Below, in pieces: positions 40,403 through 53,115 of a stretch of 64,000 nucleotides of DNA; within the stretch, counting starts at the first letter, position 1; each line of letters starts with the position of its first letter. The notes under the pieces were generated by a model that saw nothing but the letters and a program-made list of their open reading frames with translations, did not search any database and was not told the DNA's origin. The DNA lies in contig NC_068999.1 in NCBI RefSeq assembly GCF_001194135.2, positions 47,447,571 through 47,511,570 on the forward strand, written 5' to 3'. Source of the DNA: Octopus bimaculoides. Its lineage: Eukaryota. The position numbers and the translations under genes were made by a program.

Positions 40403-41099
40403 AAAGTATCGTATTAATTATGAAAAAGAATTAGACACTGAAAAAGAAACAAAAAAAAAAAAAATCCCCGTTGTGATATTTTTAACAATAAATTATTTTA
40501 CTTCTGTAAAAGAATAGAGCAACAGAAGCCAACAATCCCTCATATGTTAACTCGCTATCGATTACATAGATAATTGATTCTAAGAACGACGGAACTGACA
40601 CAAAAATGTCATGTTTGTTGACGACAACGAACTGGTTGCTAACACCGAAGCTACAATCGCCCCCATGCATTCTTTAAAATGTTACAACTCTCCATTGCAT
40701 GCCATACCATCCATGGCATTTACCAACTTTCACATTAAACAACTATTACTTTGTTTCAAGAGGGGAAGTTAAAAAATACATAATAAAAGATAACGAAAAC
40801 AAAAAGCCATGTTTCTACATCCTTGTATGATAAGTTTCATTTTTGATATCTTTGATCCAGAAATTATTTTTAAAAAACATTCCAAAATCCGGTTAGCCCT
40901 GCCTATAGCATGATAAAAAGATATCTAACACCTGTTCTACATCTTAAATTATACAAAAGGCTATTATATTCTATATACAACACATAACTTTTAGGTCATT
41001 GAAACTTATCGCATCCTGTTCAGTGTTTATACTTTACTGTTTTGAATGTTATTGTTAATCATAAAGTTGTATCATTTAAAATTCGTAACAGGGTTAATT

Positions 41100-41152
41100 T
41101 AAGTATCAAGAAATAGATTAAGTATCAAGAAATAGATTAAGTATCAAGAAAT
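41100..41152. repeat. 19-bp tandem repeat (taagtatcaagaaatagat), about 3 copies
   Basis: Direct inspection. Confidence 0.85.
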
Positions 41153-41319
41153 CAAAACATTTTTATATCGATGATAACACGATCTTCTCTTTTTTTCATT
41201 TTCGCAAATTCATGTTCAAAGGAAGGTGATAAGACGTGGTATTAACTTTTACTGGAGACTTATTGGCGTGACACCGCTAAGCATTTCGCTGGAACTTGTT
41301 TGGTATCTCTCTCTAGGCA

Positions 41320-42178
41320 ATGTCTCTCTGTATTTATTCTATTGTATATATTATCATCCCATTTTTATATTGTTTCCCAATTATATTAGCTGATCTGACA
41401 TTTCCGAACCTTTTACTGGTTTCTTTCGACGGTTTTCGATGGGATTACATGACTCATTCAAATGCTACTTTGAATAACTTTAAGTGGTTTATCGAAAATG
41501 GCGTTTCTGCACGACGTGGTCTACAAAATGCCTTTATTACGAAGACTTTCCCTAATCACATCACTTTAGTGACCGGTATGTACGAAGAAAGTCACGGTAT
41601 AGTTGGTAATATAATGTATGATCCTCTTTACAACGATACCTTTTACGGTTCTATTGATCAAATCAGAGACCCTAAGTGGATGGACGACGGAGGTGAACCC
41701 ATATGGGTGACTAACCAAAAGCAAAACACAAAGGCTAGAAGTGGATGTGTTTACTGGGTCGGTGATGGTGCTAGCATAAAAGGGTTTAAACCATACAGAT
41801 ATTTAGAATTTAATAAAAATCATTTGTTGAATTTTACTAGCAGAATAGACAAAATTATTGAGTGGTTCACAGACCCCTCTTATCCTATTAATCTGGGGTT
41901 GTTATATTTCGAAGAACCAGATCATACCGGGCATCTCTTTGGTCCTGATTCACCAGAAATTGATAAACAATTAACTGTCCTTAACAATGATTTAGGTTAT
42001 CTTATTCGACGTTTAAACAACACAGGTTTACTTCCCAAAACTAATGTCATCATAACCAGTGACCATGGAATGGCATTTACGCCAGCAGATAAAATTATTA
42101 ACTTGGATTTATACATCACGCCGTCTAAATATCAAATTTTTCAAAGAAATCCTATTGGAAATATCCTACCTAATAAAG
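41320..42178 (+). CDS. ENPP4/ENPP5: ENPP coding exon 1
   Basis: ATG 41320, donor aaag|gtgaga; an acceptor-like ctctctag at 41316 implies an upstream non-coding exon. Confidence 0.95.
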
Positions 42179-45100
42179 GTGAGAACTCATTTTATGTTTA
42201 TGGTTTATAAATATATAACTATATATGGTTTATTAATTAAATTATATCTTTGTTTATTTGAACCGTTTTCATGTAAAGAGCGTACACAAATCAGATTTTG
42301 CGTTGTTGTTTTAACAAAATCAGCTTTCGCGATGTTATTCAGCAGTCCTGAGATTAAATACATTCTCGACATGACCATTCTGTCTTATTTTCGGGAATAT
42401 GATACCTAAAACCACATCATCCGGTAGGAGGTGATTTAAGAGAGATTTAGCTGCTATTTCTTGCAAGTCGAATGACCTCTTCATTCAAGTGTAAACCAGT
42501 CCTGAACAATTATACTGATATCGATATTTTCACGCACTCGCAACGCGTGGATATTTTTACCTTTTCTTTTTCTTTTTCTGCTTGAATGTTTAATATATCA
42601 TCGTCATCACCATCATCGTTTTCACGTCCACTTTTTCATGCCCGCATGGGTCAGAAAGAATTTGCTGAGGTGGATGGACTTCTACAGCTGGATGCTCTTC
42701 CCGAAGGTAATATTTTCCCTCGACCAGACATGTTTTCCATGAAAGATTGGAAATGAAGGTCATCGCCTGCATTGTGGTGAATCTCGTTTACAACTATCAC
42801 GTGAAGTATAGTACATACGCAGTTACATATGTAAGTGCGTATGTACATAGATACATGCATACACACGACGGGCTTCTGTCAGTGTTTTCCTACCAAATCC
42901 ACTTACAAGGCTTTAGTCGGTCTGGGGCTGTAGTAAAGGACACTTGCCCTAGGTGTCACACTGTAGGATTGAACCCAAAACCTTGTGATTGGCAAGCACA
43001 GGGTTATATATATGTGTGTGTGTGAGTTTCTTTGTCCTCTCTGGGCGAGAGGAAATATTACCTTACTTGGAAATAGGTAAAGATTGACAACGGGAAGGTC
43101 CTTTGAAAAAATGCCTGAACGAATTCCATCTCATCCATGCAAGAATGGAAATGTGTATTTTAAAACAATAATGATGAAATGATCTTGATATAAATGTATT
43201 TCGCACTTCTTCAGTTTCTCTTCACCAATTTCTTTCAGAAAATATATTTATAGCTTTTAGTACAAGTGCACCAAGGCTGGGAGCATCCATGCTGTGGGAA
43301 CAAACCCCTAAGTATGGTTTTATATATAGATATGTATAGGTGTATAGCTATACCTGTTCACCCATGTAAAAAGCACTGGTGCTGATGCCATGTAAAAAAC
43401 ACCCAGTACAATCTGAAAAGTGGTTGGCAGAATCCAAGGTGTAGAATCCAAGCCAAAACAGACTGGAATCTGGTGCAGATCCTGGCCTTGACAGCTCCTG
43501 TCAAAACCATCCAACCCATGCCAGCTTGGAAAATGGACTTTAAATGATGATGATGAATGGCTAGGCTATATGTGGAATTTAATGTAATACTTACTTATTC
43601 ACATTGTTTTGAATTAATCATTCATTACCTCTTAGCATTGAGATTTCGATGATGTGGTTGTTTATTTTGAAAATGACATTGTAGAGTAAGTGTGAGAGGC
43701 TGGATCTGGTCAGTTTGGACAAAAAACAAGTTAGAATATTTGAGCTGGGTATTTGGCCAGTTTTAATGCTAAAGGGATAAGCTGTATGTGGAATGTGGAA
43801 CGTCTGTTCAGATTAATATGTTGATAAATTAAAAAAATCCTGTCTAAATTCATGATTATTTTAGAATTTAATTGAAATACATAAGGGGTGTATTTTAGTT
43901 AGAAATATAATAACTGAAGGGTTAACTAGAACAGTAAACCAAAGCCATAGTCACTGCTGCCTTAGTAGATTAGTTTAAAGATTACTGTAAGCTGGAACCA
44001 AAATTAACCTAAACAGATTGTTGAACTTAGAAACTTAACATTTTTGATATTTTCGTTACTTTCTTTTTTTACTCTTACTGGTTTCAGCTCAGGGCTGAGG
44101 TCATGCTGGTACACCACATATAGTCACTCGGTGCTGTTTCTAATACTGATTTTGGTGAAGTAGCGAGTTGGATGGAGCTGTTCTTCTTTGCATCTCCTGT
44201 TGTGATGTGGGTTCATCTGGTATCTCAGACAGAAACCTGTCCAGGCGTTCCTTGAAAACTTCCACATCAACATCATGTGGATCTGGAAGGATACTCTTTC
44301 ACTTGTTTCAGTCGTTTGACTGCAGCCATGCTGGAGCACCGCCTTTATAGGCGAGCAAATCGACCCCAGAGCTTAATCTTTGTAAGCCTAGTACTTATTC
44401 TATCGGTCTCTTTTGCCGAACCACTAAGTTACGGGGACATAAACACACCACCATCGGTTGTCAAGCGATGCTGGGGGGACAAACAGACACACAAACATAC
44501 ACACACACACACACACACATACATATATATACATATACGACAGGTTTCTTTCTGTTTCCGTCTACCAAATCCACTCACAAGGCTTTGGTCGGCTCGAGGC
44601 TATAGTAGAAGACACTTGCCCAAGGTGCCATGCAATGGGACTGAACCCGGGACCATGTGGTTGATAAGCAAGCTATTTACCACACAGCCACTCCTGCACC
44701 TATATTGAACAATTGCGGTCCCTTGAAACCCAGACTAACTGCAGTACTGTGTCCTTATTTTAGATGGGAAGATTTTTTTGTTTTTGTATATGATAATTAA
44801 GAAAGAGTAATTTTTAAAATTAACATGTGAATTTGCGGAACAATTTTTTGATAATGAAATCCTCTTTTTTTAATCTTTTAGATGTTCCTATTGAGCAGTT
44901 TGTAAAAAATCTATCATCAGTGTCTCACTTACATGTGTTTCTTAAGGAAGATATTCCAGAAAGTGCTCATTACAAACACAATCGCCGTATTCAGCCTTTA
45001 CTGTTGGTTCCCGATGAAGGATACACTCTCAATTCATCACATTATAGCTACCACAGTGAGTACATTCCTCAAAACTACTTTGATTTGTAATCTTTGTATC

Positions 45101-48100
45101 GTATTTTACAATAGGCACAGGCATGGCTGTGTGGATAAGATGTTTGCTCCTAACCATGTGGCTTTGGGTTCAATCCCTCTGTGTGGCACTTGTAAAGATG
45201 GCCAAGATACTGCTAAGCATTTTGTCTGGCATGGCAACAATTCTGCCAGCTTGCTGCCTTAAATTTTAATTAATATTAATTTTAATTATAATTCTCAGCT
45301 ATTTCATTTTAATAAACTCTTGGTTTTAATTCTCACTTATTTCATTTTAATTTCTTTTTTCTTTAAATAAAAATTTCAGGACAAGGAGAACATGGCTACA
45401 ACAACTCTTTACTTGATATGCATCCAATTTTTATGGCTTCTGGGCCAAGCCTTAAGAAAAACTTCTCAGTTGACATGTTTGAAAATGTTGATTTATACCC
45501 TTTGATGTGTACACTTCTTGGTTTAAAACCTTCTCCTAATAATGGTAGTATGAAGACTGTTCAAGCATTTCTTATCCCTAAATATTCAAGCAGCTTTACA
45601 ACATTTATTACATGTAAGTACAATTGTGTCTATTAATTTCCTTTATTTCTTTGCCATTCTAATCAAAGACTAATTTCAGAATCCTTACATCTTACTTTTC
45701 TGTAAAAAAATAGTCTCCAGCGTATATTACTCAGCCTGTTTCTGTCTTGAAATAGCACAACAGGGTGTATTTTTGAGGATGCTAATATGTGTGTGTGCAT
45801 GGGGTGAGGAGTGTTTTTGTGTTTGTTTTTATGTCAAGTTATAATAAAAACAATTTTATACTAAACCAGAAGATCACTCAGTACTTATTTTGTAGAGCAT
45901 ATGTTTATTAAACTTTTACAAGACAGTGACTTCGAAGTTTCAGCCTGCTTACCTTTGTTGGACTGTCCAACAAAACATTAAAGTCACTGTTACCCTTCCT
46001 CATGTAAAAGTAGTGTACATATATATATAGAGAGCTAAGGTCAGTTTGGATGGGAAGCTGAGGTATCTCCAGAGAAGCACTAAATCCGAATACTGGGCTG
46101 TCAACACTGTCAGGATCCAAGCCAAAGCTGGAATACTTTTGGTGTAGAAAATCCAAGTTTCACGATGATTATACCATCGTATGGTTTGACAAAGAGTAAA
46201 TAATCCAGTGAAAAGAAGAAGACAAAGAAAATTCTTTAACACCTCTTTAATTATAAGTTACAAATGTTTCCGCACCATCTCCATTTGCAATGCCAGTTTA
46301 CAAGAAAATTCTAAAAGAAAAAGTCACATAAACAATCTCCATATTTGGGAGATAGCAATCTGTGGAACTGGTCTTGTGTATGAGAAACAGCTCTGATGGA
46401 ATGGTCATATGAAAATGGAAAATATCAGCTGAATAAAAATGTGTGTTTTGGCCAGAGGAAGACCAAGAGAGCCAAAAGAAGTGGTGGAATCAGATCTTTT
46501 GATGCTGGGCCTAGAAAACAAGATATCATATACTAGCATTAAAAAATAAATAAATAAAACAACTCAGATGATAAAATCATGATGAAGTACTTATGTTGGG
46601 TACATTAGGATGAGGATAGAGTATCTATACTGAGTACATTGTGTGATATGTTGAATCTGGCCAATTTGAACATAAAACAAGAAGAATATTTGGGCCAGAT
46701 ATGGTCAGTTTAAATGCTAAAGGGTTAAGTAAATAAAAATGGAATACCCTTGTCGAGTACATTAAAATGATGGTGGATTACTCATGTTGAGTACATTAAA
46801 ATAATGATGGAGTACTGATGACAGAGTGTCAGTCTTTGTAAAGTAAATGTCTGTTAAACAGAGCCCTTAATTCTCAAACTGATCTCGCTATTTATTTCTC
46901 TTCTACTAATAGACATGAATAGAAAACAGAAATTGCCTCAGCGATGTAACCTTAGAACTTAAATTTAAATCTTGAAGTGTTTGCTTGTATCTTTGTAAGT
47001 CATTCCATGTAATTTATTTCAACTGTTTTGTTATATATCTTCCGTGAGATGGTAATTACTTTCTTGTACTTCCATTCCAATATTTTCATTTTAAAATTAC
47101 TTTAAGAGCCAACATTTCCTCCAACTTCAAGCCTAGAAAGAATTCTTTGATATACTTTGTTTATGTATATATATATATATATATATAAATGGAGAGTTTG
47201 AACACAGAAAAATATCAATTTTTTGTATAATAGTCAATTTCATATCACCTTTGTATGTTTCAATTTCTTACCTACATTCATATTTTGCAGTTAAGATTGC
47301 ATTATGCATTTAAAAGGTAAAAACATCTTCAGGGCAAAAATTGACAAATATTCATTCACATCCATTAGGATGTGAATGATAAAAATTAAAATAAACATTG
47401 GAAGTAACCTTAAAATGAAATGTACTCTCACCATTTGAAAATAGTCTAACTCCATACACATAATACATAGTGAATCATACCCCCATTAATTATGAAATAT
47501 AAAAATTAATTTAACTAAAATATACATATGATAACCTAAACTATCAACAAATAAGACTAATACATCTAAATAAATAAAAATTTTTAATAAACATTGGAAT
47601 TCTCACAACTAAATAAGTAGACATTATTTACATTTGACAGATATTTGTCCTCATCTTGTTTGTTGTTAAAACAGTCTTGGGGAAATTTCGAACCTTAGGA
47701 ATGAGAACCCAGGTTAGAAACCTCCCCAAGATACCTGATGAAGGCTGGAGGGTATATAAGCAGAAATGTTGTGTTAACAACAAATAAGGTGAGGACAAAT
47801 ATCCGTCAAATGTAAATAATGTACATAATTCCTCATCTCTTAAATATAGAACTGTATTAAATAAATAGAAGTTAAATGAATATATTGATTTGATTTCTTG
47901 CTAATGTTAGCATGGAAAGTGGACGTTAAACAATGATGATATATATTTTATTTTTTATTCTTTTCACAAATGAGTAGAGATAGGAATGGTAGCCAACCAT
48001 TATAAAACCAATCTAAGGAGAATAGTAGTATGACCTGTAACTTTAAGCTATTTTTTGAAAGGAATCCAAATGACACACATGCTGACTAACACAAGCACAC

Positions 48101-48759
48101 AAAAGCATGCTGCTATCTCAATCTGTAAGCAACTCTCCATCCTAATGGGTGTAAATGAATATTTGTCAATTTTGGCCCTGAAGAGATTTTTACCTTTTAA
48201 ATGCATAATGCAATCTTAATTTGCAAAATATGAATGAAGGTAAGAAATTGAAACATATGTAGGTGATATGAAATTGACTATTATACAAATAAATTGATTT
48301 TTTTCTCTGTTCAAACTCTCCACTTTCCTTATATTATATTATAAAAATTCTGTTCTCCTATATTGAATGGATGAAAACATCTATAATGACAACTGGAGCT
48401 TCATAAGTGTTAACAGTAATTCTAACACTGATTAATGACTATCATGCAAAGTCAAGGCAAGGCAGCAGTAACTCTCTCTTACATGGAGGCAATGGCAATT
48501 GAGTGAGACCTTCAGCAAGGTGCTGTACTTGAGTAGAAGACCCATCAAGCCATCTTGAGTAGAAGACACCATACTGGTGTCATGCAACTGGCAAATCCAC
48601 TGACAAGGCTTTGGTTGGCCCCAGGGCTATAGTTGACGACACTTGCCCAAGGTGCCATGCTGTGGGGCTGAACTCAAGACCACATGGTTTCATGTACTTT
48701 TATATATAGGTCTATGTGTGTGTGTGTGTGTGTGGGGGGGGGTATACAAACATGCGCAT

Positions 48760-48792
<33 letters not shown>

Positions 48793-49043
48793 TATGTATG
48801 TATTGTTTTGATTGTGATATTTAAAAAAACTCCGTTTCTGTTTCTCTCTTTGCAGACATCCTAATTCTGTCTCTTACTGCAACATTGGTTGGCATCTACA
48901 CTGTAGCTTCATGTCGGCAACAGAGAATGAAACACAAACACATGTCATTTTACACATCTGGCATAAAATTCTTGGTTGCATCGTCTGTTCATCCAACTCA
49001 AACATCTTTACTCTCTGATTCAGATGATGATGTCATTCCATAG
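41320..49043 (+). CDS. ENPP4/ENPP5: Ectonucleotide pyrophosphatase/phosphodiesterase family member 4/5-like, type I membrane protein, 484 aa
   Basis: join(41320-42178, 44882-45055, 45380-45613, 48856-49043), 1455 nt, all GT-AG. Contains a hydrophobic N-terminal signal peptide, [16 protein letters not shown] (catalytic Thr), [19 protein letters not shown], a C-terminal TM segment ([23 protein letters not shown]) and a cytoplasmic tail. Confidence 0.94.
44292..44700 (-). mobile_element. SINE family A, full length, ENPP intron 1
   Basis: High identity to 1131-1495 and 52730-53115. Confidence 0.82.
44882..45055 (+). CDS. ENPP4/ENPP5: ENPP coding exon 2 (VPIEQFV...[26 protein letters not shown])
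   Basis: tcttttag|...|gtgagt, 174 nt. Confidence 0.92.
45380..45613 (+). CDS. ENPP4/ENPP5: ENPP coding exon 3 (GEHGYNN...[10 protein letters not shown]...PSPNNGS)
   Basis: atttcag|...|gtaagt, 234 nt. Confidence 0.93.
46230..46540 (+). mobile_element. Degenerate RTE LINE 3' relic, ENPP intron 3
   Basis: Frame [33 protein letters not shown] resembles RTE RLRWYGHV..RGRGRPRKTW.EVV..DL..LGL; followed by an (AAAT)n tail. Confidence 0.55.
47621..47822. mobile_element. Palindromic Penelope-associated element (53-bp arms) with a degenerate hammerhead core
   Basis: Arms 47621-47673 / 47770-47822; internal CTGATGA-a-GGCTG...aagca-GAAAT. Confidence 0.55.
48856..49043 (+). CDS. ENPP4/ENPP5: ENPP coding exon 4 (TM helix plus cytoplasmic tail)
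   Basis: ctctctttgcag| acceptor, phase 1 matches, 61 sense codons then TAG. Confidence 0.82.
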
Positions 49044-49496
49044 AATACATTTGCTTTGGGTTTTTTCACACGATGCTCTCCGTCTCTGTTATCGCAAAGG
49101 AAAGTGGTGTTTGTTGTTTTTGTTTTGATTTTCCAAGCATTTATCTATACGAGACATATGTTGTGGTATATACGTACATTGTTATTTCTGTCCTCGCCAG
49201 TTTTGTTTTGGATTCCAGTTGGAGAGGTTCAGTTAAGGGACGGATTTCATTACAGGAATTATTGAAGAAAAGAAATTTGTTGATCATGGATTTTTATATT
49301 CCTCTCTCTCTCTCTCTCTCTCCCTATCTGTCTATCTGTTTGTCTATCTACCTTCATACCTACCTAACTAACCCCTCACACACATACATGTGCTGATCTC
49401 TGATCACACACACACATACATGTGTATACGTGTGTGTGTGTGATCAGTACTTGTATCTGAAAGAGAAGCGCATATATATATATATATTTTCTTTTT

Positions 49497-49835
49497 AAGA
49501 AGTTAAAAGTTGTGGCCAGTCATAAAGCAACCGTTGGTTCCACATCTATAAAATGCTTAGCAGTATAGGAGACTTGTCAGACTCAAATGGTTGAAGGCGC
49601 ATAACCTCTCTACAACTGGAGGAAGAAATATGCAACGGCCAGTTGCTTTTTTAAAATTTTATCTTTTTTTTCTTTGCTTACAAAACCAACTGACTGTTAC
49701 ATATTTCTTCCTCCAGTTGTAGAGAGATTATGTGCTTTCAGCCATTTGAGTCTGATGAGTCACCTGTACTGCTAAGTGCTTTATAGGTATGAAACCAATG
49801 GTCATTCTATGACCAGCCATAACTTTTAGCTTCCT
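49497..49835. repeat. Foldback inverted repeat, 149-bp arms with a 41-nt spacer
   Basis: 49497-49645 aligns without gaps to the reverse complement of 49687-49835; flanked by (TA)n. Confidence 0.92.
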
Positions 49836-51617
49836 AAAAAATATATATGTGTGAGTGTGTGTGTGTGTGTGTACATAAGGTCTGCAAATCTAATGGAGGC
49901 CTCCAAAGACATTCTAAAATCCACATTGATCAGAACTTAACTGCAGCTCTTGGTGGTCCAAAGCAGATATGCAATTTATGTGGATGTCTTTTCAAAACAT
50001 TGTCTGGTTTAAAAAGCCATATCAGATGCCATGATGGCTCTAAGGTGTAGGTACAGGAGGTGGTCAGAATCTACATAAAGAGTAGACAATCACCATATAT
50101 TTGTATGTATGTATGTACATAAGTATGTAGTGGCATGTAGCTTAGTGGTTATAATGTTCATAAGATAGTGGTTTCGATTCCTGGACCAGCCGACGTGTTG
50201 TGTTCTTGAGGAAAACACTTCATTTCACGTTGCTCCAGTCCACTCAGCTGGAAAATATGAGTAATCTCACAACGGACTGGTGTCCCGTCCAGGTGGGGGG
50301 GATATATAAGCCATGGAAAATGGGAAACCAGCCGTCTGAGTCTACACGACTCGGGAAGGAACTTTACTTTACTTATGTATGTATGTATATATGTGTGTGT
50401 ACATACATGCATGTGTTCGTTAGTATATGTTTATGATTTTATTTATTTTCAATAGTATGTTGAGTGTATCCATGAACAAAAATTATTGTAGGTCCTTATT
50501 GATTGTTCTTTATTTATTTATTGGAAGAGGGTGTATATATGAAGTACGCATCTTGCTTTGCTTAAATCCTAGATTTACTTTACTTGATAAGACTATCTTT
50601 ATCCAGCAGCCACGAAAAACCATCTACATGGTTGCCCCCATCTCCTAGAAATATCAACTACATTACTCTGAATCACAAACTACCATTTAGAAAAAGAAAG
50701 AATACATTAGACATTAATTTTAATCCTACTTTATTTAAGTTTTATCTGTTGCAGCTGATCTATGTTAATCATAGAGGAAGGGAGCTGGCTACATATTCTC
50801 TTAGGAGCAGTCAACTAACTGTCAGACCATTAGAGGACTACCTCTTCTTTTTTTTTTTTCCCCACACATCAATAGTATAGAAATAACATGTTTACATTAT
50901 TATTTAACCCACAGTAAGGCTTTGTAATATCTAAATTTATTTTAGTCTTAGACATATTAAAAAAGGTGGAATGGTCACAGCTGGGAGACTGATAACAGGC
51001 TTGCTCAGTGAGGGCTGACCTCAAGGCTAAACAATAACAACTGCAGAGTCAGTAGAGAGTTTGTAACATTTCCCACTTTTCCATTTATCAGTCACTTTTT
51101 ATCCATTCTGTGATAAATATTCAATATTGGAGGATTTTTCGTAACTCTCTTCAGCATTCAAATTCCTCTGTCAAATGTAACACTTGTTTCTTCACATTGT
51201 TTTGAATTAATCATGAAATTATCTTGTAGCTTTGAGATTTTGATAATGTGATTGTTTATTTTTAGAATGACATTGTAGGGTAGGTGTGAGAGGCTGGATC
51301 AGACCAGTTTAAACATAAAATGGAAAATATTTGGGTTGGATATGCTGAAGAGTTAAGCTGCTTTTTGAAGCAGAATTGACATGACATTTCAATGGAAGTG
51401 GTGTCATACAGCCAGGAGTGGTCTCAGGCATTTTGATACCACAGGGTTATACTGTAGAGAACAGTCAGACTTCTGTAGGTCCATATATGTCAACAAATAA
51501 ACAATAGATTTGATCTGGAATGTAATCTAGGAAGATATAAACTTCATATTTCCTCTTGTCCAAGAATAGTCAATCAGGAAAATTAAGAATCAAGTGAAAA
51601 ACATTAATGAATTTATG

Positions 51618-51980
51618 TCATTAAAGGTACATAATTTATTTGTTAAAAATATATTATTTATACCATTTAAGGTATATAAATTATATCATGAAGGGTATAT
51701 AATTTATATCATTAAAAGACATAATTTATATCCTTAGAGGTATATAAATCATATCATAAATGTTATATAAATTACATTGTTAAAGGTATATAATTTATAT
51801 CATTGACACTATATAAATTATATCTTTAAAGGTATATAATTTATATTGTTAAAGATATATAATTCGTATCATCAAAGGTATATAATTTTATATCATTAAA
51901 GTTATATAGTTTATATCATTTAAATTATATAAATTATACCATTAAAGACGTATAATTTATATCATTAAAGGTATATAATC
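51618..51980. repeat. 23-bp AT-rich minisatellite (tcattaaaggtatataatttata), about 16 degenerate copies
   Basis: Direct inspection of periodicity. Confidence 0.85.
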
Positions 51981-52139
51981 TACGCTGTTATTATTTGTCT
52001 GCTGTGTTTAACAGAAATTTATCAAGTTGTAATTATTTCTGCCTTGTTTTACAAAGCTTTTTAATGGCAAAGTTCACTCAAATGTTTAATGAATATAAAT
52101 AGTGTAAAAAGAAAAAAAGAATGGTTGTACGGGATACAG

Positions 52140-52871
52140 GGTTGGCTGTGTGGTTAAGAAGCTTCTTTTGCAACCACATAGTTTCGGGTTCAGTCCCACT
52201 GCATGGCACCTTGGGCAAGTGTTTTCTACAATAGTCCCATTTTAACCAATTCCTTGTGTGTGAATTTGGTTGATGGAAACTGTGTGGAAGCTCATTTTTA
52301 TATATACATATATATGTGCGCGTGTGTATATATATATCATCATCATCATCATCGTTTAACGTCCGCTTTCCATGCTAGCATGGGTTGGACGATTTGACTG
52401 AGGACTGGTGAAACCGGATGGCAACACCAGGCTCCAATCTAATTTGGCAGAGTTTCTACAGTTGGATGCCCTTCCTAACGCCAACCACTCAGAGAGTGTG
52501 TGTGTGTCTGTGTTTGTCCCTGTCAACACCAGCATTTGACATCTGGTACTTATTTGTTTATGAACCGTAACTTAACAGTTCAGCAAAAGGGACCAATATA
52601 ATAACTAAGTACCAGACTTTAAAAAACAAAGTACTGGGGGTTAACTTGTTTGATTAAAACCCTTCAAAGCAGTGCCCCAGCATGGCCGTAGTTTAATGAT
52701 AGTAACTAATAAAAGATATATGAATATATACAACCACATGGTTCTGGGTTCAGTCCCACTGTGTGGCACCTTGGGCAAGTGTCTTCTACTATAGCCTCGG
52801 GCCGACCAAAGCCTTGTGAGTGGATTTGGTAGACGGAAACTGAAAGAAGCCTGTCGTATATATTTTTATAC

Positions 52872-52905
<34 letters not shown>

Positions 52906-53115
52906 ATATGTTTGTGTGTCTGTGTTTGTCCCCCTAACATCGCTTGACAACCGATGGTGGTGTGTTTACGTCCCCGTAACTTAGCGGTTCGGCAAAAGAG
53001 ACCGATAGAATAAGTACTAGGCATCCAAAGAATAAGTCCTGGTGTTGATTTGCTCGACTAAAGGCGGTGCTCCAGCATGGCCACAGTCAAATGACTGAAA
53101 CAAGTAAAAGAGTAT
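52140..53115 (+). mobile_element. Composite SINE block: family A, interrupted by family C (-), followed by a second family A
   Basis: Head 52140-52310, family C 52335-52500, tail to about 52720, new copy 52730-53115. Confidence 0.7.
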
